Assembly (NCBI RefSeq): GCF_009914755.1
Contig: NC_060936.1
Source: the human T2T-CHM13v2.0 reference genome, Homo sapiens
Strand: one strand, 5' to 3'
Length of the DNA: 64,000 bases
Shown in pieces: positions 32,967 to 47,211 of this stretch. The translations under genes and the position numbers were made by a program. Within the stretch, counting starts at the first letter, position 1. Each line of letters starts with the position of its first letter. Under the pieces are notes generated by a model. It was not told where the DNA came from. It searched no databases and saw only the letters and a program-made list of their open reading frames with translations.

Positions 32967-33230
32967 GGCCAGGCACGGTGGCTCATGCCTGTAATCCCAC
33001 AACTTTGGGAGGCCAAGGTGGGCAGATCACCTGAGGTTGGGAGTTTGAGACCAGCCTGACCAACATGGAGAAACCCCGTCTCTACTAAAAATACAAAATT
33101 AGCCGGGTGTGGTGGCGCATGCCTGTAATCCCAGCTACTTGGGAGGCTGAGGTTGCAGTGAGCTGAGATCGCGCCATTGTACTCTAGCCTGGGCAACAAG
33201 AGCAAAACTCCATCTCAGGAAAAAAAAAAA
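32967..33230 (+). mobile_element. AluS with short right-arm deletion
   Basis: gggaggctgagg joined directly to ttgcagtgag. Confidence 0.9.
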
Positions 33231-33351
33231 TTTATTGACAAAATGGTGTAGAAATTCCCCTGTACCTTCCCCCAACAGTTTCCCCATTATTGACATCTTG
33301 CATTTGGCACGGGACATTTGTTACAATGAGTGAGCCACTATTTATACATTA

Positions 33352-33703
33352 CAGTGGTCCCCTGTTATCCTCAGGGGACATGTTCCAAGACACCCAGTGG
33401 ATGCCTGAAACTGTGGATGCCACCAAGCCCCATATATCGTATGTTTTTTCCATCTGATAACTGAGGCAGCGACTAAGTGACTGACAGGTGGGTAGTGTCT
33501 ACAGTGTGGATATGCTGGACACGGCGAAGGCTCATGTCCTGGGCAGGATGGCACGAGATTTCATGACACTGTGCAGCAGGGTGCGCGGTTGAAAACTTGC
33601 AAATTGTTGATTTCTGAAATTTTCCATTTAATATTTTCAGGCTGCTGTTGATGGTGGGTAATGAACCACGGAAAGCAGAACTGCGGATAAGGGGGAACTC
33701 CTG
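33352..33703 (-). mobile_element. MER44A-like Tigger DNA transposon
   Basis: TIRs cagtggtcccctgttatcc / ggataagggggaactcctg, TA target. Confidence 0.8.
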
Positions 33704-34152
33704 TGTTACTAATCGAAGTTCATAGCTTACATTAGGGTTCCCTCACTGTTTGCTTTCTGCATACAGTGGGTTTTGACAAACGCATAGTCCCGGAGCCCCC
33801 ATGACAGTATCACATAGAGCAGTTTCACGGCTCTGAAAATCCTCTGTGCTCCGCCCACTCATCCCTCTATCACCCTAAACCCCTGGCAGCCATTCATCTT
33901 TTTCTGTCTCTATAGTTTTGCCTTTTCCAGAATGTCATATAGCTGGAATCATACGGAGTCTTTTCAGATTGGCTTCTTTCACTTGGCAATATGCATTTAA
34001 GGTTCTTCTAGGTCCATCCGTGCCTTGACAGCTCATTGCTTTTATCACTGAATAATATTCCATTGCATGGGCGTATCAGTTTATGCGTTCAGCTCTTGAA
34101 GGATATCTTGGTTACTCCCAGGTTTTAGCATTTATGAATAAAGGTGCCATAA

Positions 34153-34467
<315 letters not shown>

Positions 34468-34799
34468 TATATGCAGGTTTCTGTGTAGACATAAGCTTTC
34501 AGATCAGTTTGACAAATTCCTAGGAATATGATTTTTGGATTGTATGGTAAGATTATAATTATCTTTGGAAGATGCCGTCAAACTGCCTTCCAAAGTGGCT
34601 GCACCATTTTGCATTCCCACCAGCAGCAATGAGGGTTCCTGCTGCTCCACGTCCTTGCAACGTTTGGTGTGTTTCAGATTTTAGCCATTGCGTAGTGGTA
34701 TGTAGTGGTAAAAACAAGTAATTCTTTTTATAAATTAAAAAAAAATGTAGCTTTGTGTTATTTATAAGTTGGTTTTAGATGGATAATTGTTTAAGAAGT

Positions 34800-35610
34800 C
34801 TAAGCATACTCATTCATTCATTCAGTAGATATTTGTTGAGCACCTACTATGTGCCAGATATGTTTTAGTAGCTCATGACACAGCAGTGAACAAAGTAGAC
34901 CCAAATCCTTGTCCCCTCGAAGCCGAGATTCTAGTGGGAGCAGATGGGAGATCTATAAGGTCAGCAAATAAAACACATAGGAAGATGAGTGGGGATCAGA
35001 GCTTTGGAGAAAGAGATCAAGGGAGTGGGGGTTATGGGGTACTGGGGAGGGTTGTGTGCACCATCTCAGATGGGGGCCAGGAGGGCCCTCTCTGGGAGGG
35101 ACATCTGCATGGCCTTAGAAAGGCCAAGACAAGGAGTGGTGGGTGTGGGTGGCGTGCGTGAGGACCAGCAGCACCGCCAGGAGGTGGGAGTGGAGGGAAC
35201 GAGGACACCATTAGGAAGGGCAGCCAGCCGAGCAACTGGGAGGAGATGGGGGATCACACAGGGCCTCCTGGACCATTGTGAGAACTTAAGCTTTTGCAAT
35301 AAGTGAGATGTGAGCCCTGGCAGAGTTTTGTGCAGAAGAGTGACAGGAACAGGTGAATGCTTTAAAAGGATCATGTCGCATGTTAAAATACAAGCTGGAG
35401 CATGTCACTCTTCTGTTTAAAGCCCTGCAATGGTTCAGCCTGAGATGCCAGTGGCCTTGCCGGGGGTGGACAGCAGGGGTTGCATTCTGGAGGCGTCCGG
35501 AAAGCAGAACCAATAGGATTTGCTGACAAATGGCACGTGTGATACAAATGACAGAGAGAAATTGGGGATGGCTTGAAAACATTTGACTTGAACAGCTGGA
35601 AGATTGGATG
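34800..35610 (-). mobile_element. L2 3' fragment
   Basis: cattcattcattcagtagatatttgttgagcacctactatgtgccag is the antisense L2 3' end. Confidence 0.75.
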
Positions 35611-37121
35611 GCGACTTTATACCTGGTTTCAGGTTTTTGTGTTGTAAATCACATTCTCTGATGCATAGTTTAAATAAACAGCTTGAGGTGTCTTTGTAGG
35701 AATTTTAATGCCTCGCCATGGAGTCCAGCACATTATTCAAGTTTGATGAACTCTGGCTCAAAAAGGGTATTCCTGTGCAGCAGGACCATAGAACTTATTG
35801 TCCAAACTGGGGCATCTCGAGTGAAAAGACTGCTGTTTCTAATCACACTGGGACAACCCATGTAAACCTGGGCTGCCCCAGGCAAAATGGGATGTATTGA
35901 TGGTTTAGTGAGTGATAGTTCCTGGAAACTGAAAGAGTGAAGCAAGAGAAAGAAAGATGGGAGAAGAAGGGAGAGAAAAAGGCAAGGATAGACCTGCCCA
36001 CCGGTGAAGGTTGCGGGGCACGTTATCAGGAGGGACAGAAAGTGAAAGGTGAGGTTTCTTTTGCCCAGGGAGGTCTGGAATGGCGGGGGCCCTGCTGTGG
36101 GTGTTGAGTCCCCAAGGAGCTGCCATCCTCATTTTATCTGGGATGCTCTCTCTATCATCACTCCACTTCCAGATATGTCAGCTCCAGAGGGCAGTCAACA
36201 CACAAGACTGGACACAGGAGAAAGAGCTTGGGAAAAGGAAGTCTCTAATCCGGAGCCAAAGAGAAGAGCTTGTAACTGATCACGCATGCCTGTGGGTCCA
36301 GGCGTCATATTTTGGAGGCAGGTCTCTTTCCTGAGACCCCGGGCTGTGAACAGGTCAGAGGGGTGGACTAAGCCGAATGGTGGTTCTCCCAAAAATGTGT
36401 CCACCCAGAACCTGTGAATGCGACTTTATTGGGAAAAAAGGTCTTTGCAGATGTGATTAGGTTCCGTGTCTTGAGTAGTAAACAAAACAAAGTCCCCTGC
36501 CCTCAGAGCTGATGCTGTAGCACAGTGACATCCCCGATGTTATGCTGGTTAGTGTGGGAGCTGGGAAAGAATGTGTCCCAAGGAGGTCCTTTCCACTCGA
36601 CTTGCTGACAGCTCTGATGAGAACTGCAGGGCCTTCCCGTTTCTCTCCAAGCAAAAGCCAGAGCTTTTTCCAAGGTCTCTGTCACCACACACACCACCCC
36701 ATTCCCTCTCTCATCTCCTCCTCTCATGCACACTGCCCCAGCCACCCCCGCCTCCTCACTGTTCCTGGAGCCTTCCAAATATGCTCCCTGCCCCAGGGCC
36801 TTCGCACCTGCTGTGGCCGTGCCTGGGACACTTTCCCCCTCAGCTTGGCTAAATCCCTGTGATCGCTTCGTGTTGCTGCTGTAACAGATGATCACAAACC
36901 GAGTGCTTAAAACAATGTACATTCATTATCTCACAGTTCTGGAGGCCAGAAGTCCAAAATGCATCTCACCGGGCTAAAATCAAGTCGTCCACAGGGCTGC
37001 ATTCCTTCTGGCGTGCTGTGAGAGGCTCTATTCCCTGACCTTGTCCAGCATGTAGAAACTTCCTGAATTCTTTAGCTCATGGCTCCTTCCTCATCTTCAA
37101 AGTGCACATTCCAACCTCTGA

Positions 37122-37472
<351 letters not shown>

Positions 37473-38439
37473 CATATCTATTCTTTATTACCTGCTTCCC
37501 GCAGTAAAATGCCAGCCCCAGAGGGCAGGGATCTTGACCATTTTCCTGCTTCCTTAATAGGAGCTCAGAGGATCTGAACAAGGGTGCTATTTATTGAAAG
37601 AAAACACGAGAGCAATTAGCCAGTGCCACCAACAGGCACGCCTAGCTCAGTCTCCAGACGGACGATTCCAGAATCAGACAGCTCTGTGCCGTTCCCCTGC
37701 ACACATGGCCTTGAAAGCAGCTGGCCCAGTGGCCTCGGGTTCCAGGCTTGCCACAGCTCTGCTCTTCCTGACCTCCAGCCTGGGGCCTGGGGCCTTTTTC
37801 CAGTTTCAAAATGATAGTAAAAGGAAATTCAACAGCACTCCAGTGATGATGGGGTATTTTCTAAGACACAATTTTCTAAGTCTTGATGCTTCCAATTTCT
37901 GCCATATCGGGAGCATTTGGCCATCTTTTGGAAGTGAAATCTGTTTTATTGGTCTTAATCTTGTTCAGTTGTTTCTCCGGGGCCTGCGCGACACTGTCAG
38001 GGCCTTGGAGGCAGCTTTGGCAGGACTTCTGGGGAAAGTGCCTACTGGTGATAGAAAAAAATGGGGCCTTGGTCTGTTGGATTCCCAAAAATGCAGGCAT
38101 TCCCAGCTGCTGGAGAGCAGGCACTCAGGGCCCCGGCTGCAGCTGCAGCTGGAAAAAGAAAAGGGAAAAAAAGGGAGAAGGAGGCTTTGAGAGCAGCTTT
38201 TCCGCACGGTTCCAGGAAGCTAGATTGGGTATATCCAAACGAGGTGGTTCATGGTAAAATCAGAAAAAAAGAAAAACCACAATGGAAAAGCAAGGGAAAG
38301 AACAGTTTCTTCTAAAGAGAAACGCACAGAGGCCATGTGAGTTAATCCCACCCTCCCCTTCGCTAGTTATCTTTTTGCTGGGTTGCATAACTGAGGAGGG
38401 AGAAAGATCCTAGGGCTGAGAGTTGGAACACAGAGGTTT

Positions 38440-39410
<971 letters not shown>

Positions 39411-40059
39411 AACATGGAGGTTCTAACCGAACTCTGCCTTGAACATGAGCTGTGTGACTTTGGGTAAATCACTCACCCTTTCTGAGTCTCATTTTCCTCA
39501 TCTGTACAATGAAGGGATAGTAATTATTCTAGCTTCTGAGACTGTGGGGAAACTCAAATGAAATAACATACAATATCATTAATATTAGCGTCACTATTGT
39601 TATGATTCCAGTTTTACAGATGGAGAAACAGGGCTGGACTGTTGAGACCTGGACTCCCAGGTCATTACTTCTAATTTCCAGAATCCTTGCTGGATTCCTC
39701 TTTTAAGGCGACTTACCTAAGCTAAATTTAATGGAGTCTATTTCGGCAATTGTTTAAAATTTTGAAGATTCACCTGAATAGCAGAACTTTCCTACCTAAA
39801 GCAAATAATATCTAATTTATAAAAAGTTAACTTCTCAAGAGCAGCACCTCTAAGTTCAGGAGGTTCATGTCTTTATAAATATGTGGTTTGTACTTACTAT
39901 TTGGACATAATAAAAAAAGGGGTTCTTAACTAGGGAGAGGTTTGAAATAATGATTTCAGGATGTTATAATACACATTTGGTGCTTTTTAAAAAAAATGGA
40001 GTAGGGGAGAGGTTTGGCTGGAAGAGTAACATTTCACCACCAAGTGGCTCAATTAGAAC

Positions 40060-40510
40060 CTGAATGCGAATTGCTTCTCACCTCCTATATTCATGCCTTT
40101 TGCAATGTGACCTTGAAGCTTCTCCAGTCCACAAGGTGGCAGGTATTCACCACCTTCTGTGAGTTGCCTTAGCCAAGAGAATGAGAAGAAAGTGATGATG
40201 TGCCAGTCCCCAAGGTAGGCCTCAAGGGCTGTTGTTTGTTTCCACTTAATCACTTGAGTCTCTGCCACCGTTGTGAGAACAAGCCTAGTTAGACATGTGG
40301 AGCACAGGTTAGCCATCTAGCGGTTCCTGCTGAGGCCAGCCTGGATTAGCCAACATCCAGCCAACTCCTAGACATCTTTGGGAGAGCCCAGCCAAGATCA
40401 ACAGAGCCTCCTACCAACCACCCCAGATGTGTGGGTAGTGAACACTCACTGGTGTTTGCCTCTGAACTTCTGCAGTTGTTTGTTTTGCAGTGATAACTGA
40501 CTGATACAAG
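40060..40510 (+). mobile_element. Old MLT1 LTR
   Basis: catgccttttgcaatgtgacc...tttgcagtgataactgactgataca. Confidence 0.65.
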
Positions 40511-40834
40511 TACCAAGGCCAGATGAGTCTCAGAGGAGCCATCGAACCCACCCTCCTTTACCAAATCCCCTCTGGGAGAAATGTCCTATTCCTGGAGTGT
40601 TATAGGTGCATTAAAGACTGTGCCTGACTTTGAGTGACACATGTGAGGTGTTTGGGAATGTGTTTGGTGCAGCCTCTGCTGCTGCCAGCTGGTGCCCTGC
40701 CCTGAGTGGCTTTCTGGGTGTGGCTTGGGTTGGGCTGGCCTGGAGGGGGAAGAACCACCTCATCTAGTTTCCCTGGACTTTGTGCCGGCTTCTGGAGGTT
40801 CCATATCCACTGAGTTCTGCAATAGGAAAAATAG

Positions 40835-40860
40835 TCATCATCATCATCATCATCATCACC
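40835..40860. repeat. (CAT)n microsatellite
   Basis: catcatcatcatcatcatcatcacca. Confidence 0.9.
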
Positions 40861-40979
40861 ATATGTATTTATCAGGCCCTTATATACCAGGCGTGAACTG
40901 GACTGTTTCCTTATGTTCCCTCATTCCTTTGTCACAATAGTCCTCTGAGGAGGGTTGTTACCCCCATTTTACAGATGAG

Positions 40980-43546
40980 TGTATTAGTCCGTTTTCATGC
41001 TGCTGATAAAGACATACCTGAGACTGGGAAGAAAAAGAGGTTTAATTGGATTTACAGTTCCACATGGCTGGGGAGGCCTCAGAATCATGGTGGGAGGTAA
41101 AAAGTACCTCTTACATGGCAGTGGCAGGAGAAAAGTGAGGCAGATGCAAAAGCAGAGACCCCTGATAAAACCATCAGATCTCATGAGACTTATTCACTAC
41201 TACCAGAGCAGCATGGGGGAAACCACCCCCATGATTCCAATTATCTCCCACTGGGTCCCTCCCACAGCACATGGGAATTATGGAATACAATTCAAGATGA
41301 GATTTGGGTGGGGACACAGCCAAACCATATCTTTCCCCCCTTGGCCCCTCCAAATCTCATATCTTCATATTTCAAAACCAATCATGCCTTCCAAACAGTC
41401 CCCTAAAGTCTTAACTCATTTCAGCATTAACCCAAAAGTCCACAGTCCAAAGTCTCATCTGACACAAGGCAAGTCCCTTCCACCTATGAGCCTGTAAAAT
41501 CAAAAGCAAGCTAGTTACTTCCTAGATAAAATGGGGGTACAGGTATTGGATAAATACAGCTGTTACAAATGGGAGAAGTTGGGCAAAACAAAGGGGTTAC
41601 AAATCTGAAATCCAGTGGGGCAGTCAAATTTTAAAGCTCCAAATGATCTCCTTTGACTCCATGTCTCACATCCAGGTCATGCTGATACAAGAGGTGGGTT
41701 CCCACAGTCTTGGGCAGCTCCACCTCTGTGGCTTTGCAGGGTACAGCCTCCCTCCTGGCTGCTTTCACAGGCTGGCATTGAGTGTCTGTGGCTTTTCCAG
41801 GCACATGGTGCAAGCTGTCGGTGGATCTACAATTCTGGGGTCTGCAGGACAGTGGCCCTCTTCTCACAGCTCCACTAGGTAGTGCCCCAGTAGGGACTCT
41901 CTGTGGGGCCTCTGACCCCACATTTCCCCTGCACTGGCCTAGCAGAGGTTCTCCTTGAGGGCCCCACCCCTGCAGCAAGCTTCTGCCTGGGCATCCAGGC
42001 ATTTCCATACATCTTCTGAAATCTAGGTGGAGGTTCCCAAACCTCACTTCTTGGCTTCCATGCACCTGCAGGATCAACACCACTTGGAAGCTGCCAAGGT
42101 TTGGGGCTTGCACCCTCTGAAACCATGAGATGAGCTGTACCTTGGCCCCTGTTAGCAACAGCTGGAGCAGCTGGGATGCAGGGCACCAAGTCCCTAGCCT
42201 GCACACAGCATGGGGACCCTGGTCCTGGCCCACAAAACCATTGTTTTCTCCTAGGCTCTCAGATCTGTGATGGGAGAGGCTGCCATGAAAACCTCTGACA
42301 TGCCCTGGAGACATTTTCCTCATTGTCTTGGGGATTAACAGTCTGCTCCTTGTTACTTATGCAAATTTCTGCAGCCAGCTTGAATTTCTCCTCAAAAAAT
42401 GGGTTTTTCTTTTCTACTGCATCATTAGCCTGCAATTTTTCCAAACTTTTATGCTGTTTCCCTTTTAAAATGGAGTGCTTTTTTTTTCCTTTTTGAAATG
42501 GAGTCTTGCTCTGTTGCCCAGGCTGGGGAGTGCAGTGGCGTGATCTTGGCTTACTGCAACCTCTGCCTCCCAGGTTCAAGCGATTCTTCTGCCTCAGTCT
42601 CAGTCCCAAGTAGCTGGGACTACAGGTGCCTGCCACCATGCCTGGCTAACTTTTGTATTTTTAGCAGAGACGAGGTTTCACCATCTTGGCCAGGCTGGTC
42701 TTGAACTCCTGACCTCATGATCTGCCCGCCTCGGCCTCCCAAAGTGCTGGGATTGCAGGCAAGAGTCACTGCGCCTGGCCTGGAATGCTTTTAACAGCAC
42801 TCAGCTCACCTCTTGAATGCTTTGCTGCTTAGAAATTTCTTCCACCAGATACCCTAAATAACCTCTCTCAAGTTCAAAGTTCCACAAATCTCTAGGGTAG
42901 GGGCAAAATGCCTCCAGGCTCTTTGCTAAAACAAAACAAGAGTCAGCTTTGTTCTAGTTCCCAACAAGATCCTCATCTCCATCTGAGACCATCTCAGCCT
43001 GGACCTTATTGTTTACATCACTATCAGCATTTTTGTCAAAGCCATTCAACAAGTCTCTAGGAGGTTCCAAACTTTCCCACATTTTCCTGTCTTCCTCTGA
43101 GCCCTCCAAACTGTTCCAACCTCTGTCTGTTACTCAGTTCCAAAGTTGTTTCCACATTTTCAGGTATATTTTCAGCAATGCCCCACTCTACTGGTACTAA
43201 TTTACTGTATTAGTCCGTTTTCATGCTGCTGATAAAGACATACCTGAGACTGGGAAGAAAAGGAGGTTTAATTGGATTTACAGTACAATCATGGTGGGAG
43301 GTGAAAGGCACTTCTTACAAGGTGGTGGCAAGAGAAAAATGAGGAAGATGCAAAAGCAGAAACCCCTGATAAAACCATCAGATCTCATGAGACTTATTCA
43401 CTACCACAAGAACAGTATGGGGGAAACCACCCCCACAATTCAAATTATCTCCTACTGGGTCCCTCCCACAATATGTGAGAATTATGGGAGTACAATTCAA
43501 GATTCAAGATGAGATTTGGGTGGGGACACAGAGCCAAACCATATCA
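40980..43546 (-). mobile_element. Full-length THE1A MaLR element (LTR 40980-41332, internal region, LTR 43206-43546) with antisense Alu at 42479-42780
   Basis: Two direct LTRs, MaLR internal sequence, perfect 5-bp TSD atgag, inserted in a MIR core. Confidence 0.92.
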
Positions 43547-43964
43547 ATGAGCAAAGTGAGGCTCAGGAGGTGACTTCATTTAATTGCCCAAAGCCACCCA
43601 GCTAGAAAGTGCCGCAGTCAGCTTTGAACTCAGACAATCTGCTTGAGTGAGAATCCCAACTCCACCACAGCTGGTTGTATGATCTTGGGCGAGGCACTTC
43701 ACTCCTCCAGACTCAGCAACCTCCACCAGGAAACAGTGGTAAGAATAGCTCCTCCCTTATTGGGTTGTAGTGAGGACTGAAAGAGGTACTACTTGGGAAG
43801 GGTTTGCAACATGATCTGGTGTTCAAGAAGCACTCTAATTGTGTTAGCTACCACTATCATTGTTATTATTGTTGCAATTTTTATTACTCAAGGTCATGCC
43901 TTTTCTCCTCCAGGGTCAAAGGTGGTCTCACTCAAGGTGAGAGAAGGGACCATGAACTAGTGGG

Positions 43965-44263
43965 GTTTTTCTTTTTCTTTTTTTTTTGAGATGGAGTCTC
44001 ACTCTGTCACCTAGGCTGGAGTGCAGTGGTGTGATCTCAGCTCACCATAACCTCCACCTCTCAGGTTCAAGCGATTGTTGTGCCTTAGCCACCCAAGTAG
44101 CTGGGATTACAGGTGTGCGCCACCACACCCTGGCTAATTTTTGTATTTTTAGTAGAGACAGGTTTCACCATGTTGGCCAGTCTGGTCTCGAACTCCCGAC
44201 CTCAAGTGATCCACCCGCCTCGGCCTCCCAGAGTGCTGGGATTACAGGCGTGAGCCACCTAGC
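43965..44263 (-). mobile_element. AluS
   Basis: Antisense Alu. Confidence 0.95.
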
Positions 44264-44355
44264 CTGGAGTTTTTTCTTTAATTTGGAGGAGGGAGGGGAG
44301 CTTTGGTTCTGACCACAGAGTGTGAACAAATTTTGGTGTCTGCAGCAGAAGTAGA

Positions 44356-44473
44356 CTAAGGTGACCCATTGTCCTGGGTTGATGTCTGTGACGGAGGGGT
44401 TTCCTGGGATTTGAGACTGTCAGTGCTAAAACTAGGAAGGTCCTGGGCAAACCAGGAGAAATGTGTTACCCTA
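44356..44473. mobile_element. MER81-like hAT-Blackjack MITE
   Basis: taaggtgacc...gttacccta TIR-like ends, about 115 bp. Confidence 0.55.
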
Positions 44474-45518
44474 GAGCCGATCCAACATGCCTGAAGCTGT
44501 TTCCCTGGGCTTGGTTCTGGCTTCCAGAGGTTCCACTTACAGAGGTTTCCTTATAATAAACATAGGTTAGATTAAAAGCAGAGAGGAGGGAGAAGGCAGC
44601 TCTCCTCTCAGGAGGAAGGTGGGCAGTGGCTGCTAAATAACAGACCTCATCTTAATCCAGGGGGCTGGATTAATCCAGGTGTCCCTGGACAGCAGCCTGG
44701 ACCTCTGCACGTGTCCCCTTATTGGGTCCCAATTTTCCATCGTTCTTGGGGCTTCCTCCAGGCCCGCTCTGGGCAGGCAATAGAACTGCCTCTTCCTGAG
44801 AGTTCTCTGCTGCTCTGATCCCAAGAAGGAAGCTGGGGTTCTTGGGAACCTATGGCCTGTCACAGCTGCCTTAGGGATCGTGCACCTTCATCTCTCCATG
44901 TGAAGGCACACAAAGCCCTACTGTTTGGACAGGTCAGGAGTGCCGGCGCCCCTCCTCTGGTTTCTGGTCGCACACGATGGCTTAAGCTTGGAGACTGTGC
45001 TGTGCAGGAGACAGATTCCGCCGCCTCCCCCACTCGGGTCTGTTTTTTCAGCCGTGGCTCCGGCAGTGGGTCTGATTTTATCCCGCAAAGTGATGTCCTG
45101 TGACCGTTCGATAGTTCCCTGAGTCACTCAATAAGCCAGTTGGGCCCCATCTCCCTGCCCTCTTGCGAGTGTCGGGCAGAGCCATGCTTCTTTGTCACCC
45201 CTCTTTCAGGCTCTCACGTTTGCCGGCTCATCTTAGAGCTTCCTGAATACACGCGAAGCTTTCGCATCCCACAGTGTTCCCTCTTCCAGCCTGGTGCAGA
45301 GGCTGTGTGGCCTGACGGTCAGGAACCTGCGCTCCAGGAATCTTGGTTCTGCTACTTAGCAACTGAATCGGGCAAGTCTTTTCACCTCCGAGATCTCAGT
45401 TTCCCCAACTGCAAATGGGAAACAAGTATGTTCTAGTTATCCATTGCTGCACTAAAAAATCACCCCAAAATATGGTGGTTAAAACAATAGTTGGTTACTA
45501 TTTCTCACGGTTCTATGG

Positions 45519-45886
45519 TGTATTAGTCCGTTTTCACACTGCTGATAGAGACATACCCGAGACTGGGCAATTTACAAAAGAAAAAATTGGACTTACAGTT
45601 CCACATGGCTGGGGCAGCCTCACAATCATGGCAGAGGGCAAGGAGTAGCAAGTCCTGTCTGACATGGATGGCAGCAGACAAAGAGAGAATGAGGAAGACA
45701 CAAAAGCAAAAACCCCTGATAAAACCATCAGATCTCATGAGGCTCATTTACTACCATGAGAACAGCATGGGGGAACCACCCCATGATTCAATTATCTCCC
45801 GCTGGGTCCCTCCCACAACACAGGTGAATTATGGGAATACAATTCAAGGTGAGATTTGGGTGGGGACACAGAGTCAAACCATATCA
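45519..45886 (-). mobile_element. THE1A/B solo LTR nested in an older MLT1 (about 45430-46290)
   Basis: tgtattagtccgtttt...aaaccatatca termini. Confidence 0.9.
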
Positions 45887-46579
45887 CAAGGTATGAGTAG
45901 ACGAGGCTGTCACTGTTCTTGCTGACAGTGTCTCCTGAGGCTGCAGTCAGATATTGGCTGGAGCTAAAGTTATCTGAAGGCCCACCTGGGCTGGTGTCCA
46001 AGACGGCGCACTTCTACAGCTGGTGGTTGATGCTGGCTGTGGGCTGGGAACTCAGCTGGGGTTGTTAGCGTCAGTGCCTATACCTGGCCTCTCCATGTGG
46101 CTGGACTCCAAGAGGGAATGTCCCCAGAGCAAATATTTCAAGGGAAGAGAAGTAGAAACTTCTAGACCTCTTCAAAGGTAAGCACTGGGATGGCACGACA
46201 TGATTAGTCAAAACCTTCAAGGGGGTAGCATAGTTCCCAGTGTTCGGGGGGAATGGCAGTGTGTACAGGGAACGGACAAGTGGATGGCAGCCTCCCACAG
46301 AACATAATATATCCTGGCATATATCACAGAACGACACCCAGTCCACAGTGCTGTGGCAATGCTTTGAAGGGATATGCAGGGGGAGTGTCTGGCATGTAAC
46401 ATGCATTTGTGAAATGCTGCTTGCTCCCAGCATTCACTGTTAAAGAAGCAGAGGCTGGAAGAGTCTTGCATACATATATCAGTCTAACCAGGCAGGAGTG
46501 AGGCTGGCATCTAGGGGCCCCATCTGCTGAAGCCAAGCTCTTGAGTGCTCCAGAGAATAACCAAAGACAAACTCAGGAA

Positions 46580-46840
46580 CAGAATAATAATCATAATAGT
46601 TACAGGTATTACATATTATCTAATGGAGAATAAGATAACTGTAATAATATTAGTCGTAAGTATATATTATCTTATAGAGAATAATATAACTATAATCATA
46701 ATAAGTATTATGTATTATCTAATAGAGAATAATATAATTATAATCATAATAGTTATATCTACTATATAGAATATATTAACTATTTTATTAATTATATGCT
46801 ATATATACTATATAATATATATAATATACTTAGCTATTAT
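46580..46840. repeat. AT-rich ~50-bp minisatellite grading into TA-rich low-complexity sequence
   Basis: tattatct(a/t)at(g/a)gagaataa(g/t)ataa recurs three times. Confidence 0.8.
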
Positions 46841-46845
46841 GTATT

Positions 46846-47211
46846 TGTTATGGTTTGACTGTGTCCCCACTCAAATCTCATCTTGAATTGCAGCTCCCAC
46901 AATTCCCACATGGTGTGGGAGGGACCTGGTGGGAAGTAACTGAATCATGGCGATGGTTTCCTCCATACTGTTTTCCTGGTAGTGAATAAGTCTCACGAGA
47001 TCTGATGGTTTTATAAGGGAGAGTTTCCCTGCACATGCTCTCGCTTTGCCGGCCGCCATGTAAGATGTCACTTTGCTCTTCCTTCATCTTCTGCCATGAT
47101 TGGGAGGCCTCCCCAGTCATGTGGAACTGTGAGTCCATTCAATCTCTTTCCTTTATAAATTACCCAGTCTTAGGTATGTCTTCATTAGCAGTGTGAAAAC
47201 AGACTAATACA
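46846..47211 (+). mobile_element. THE1B/C-like solo LTR
   Basis: tgttatggtttgactgtgtcccc...gactaataca; perfect 5-bp TSD gtatt. Confidence 0.92.

Noticed and set aside
40692-40940. ORF with a poly-histidine run
   Set aside because: The His run comes from a (CAT)n microsatellite at the edge of a MIR
41631-42323. 230-aa ORF as a host gene
   Set aside because: Lies within the THE1 internal region; a decayed MaLR remnant with no exon context
46545-46769. Hydrophobic Ile/Tyr-rich repeat ORF
   Set aside because: Translation of the AT-rich minisatellite; non-ATG start
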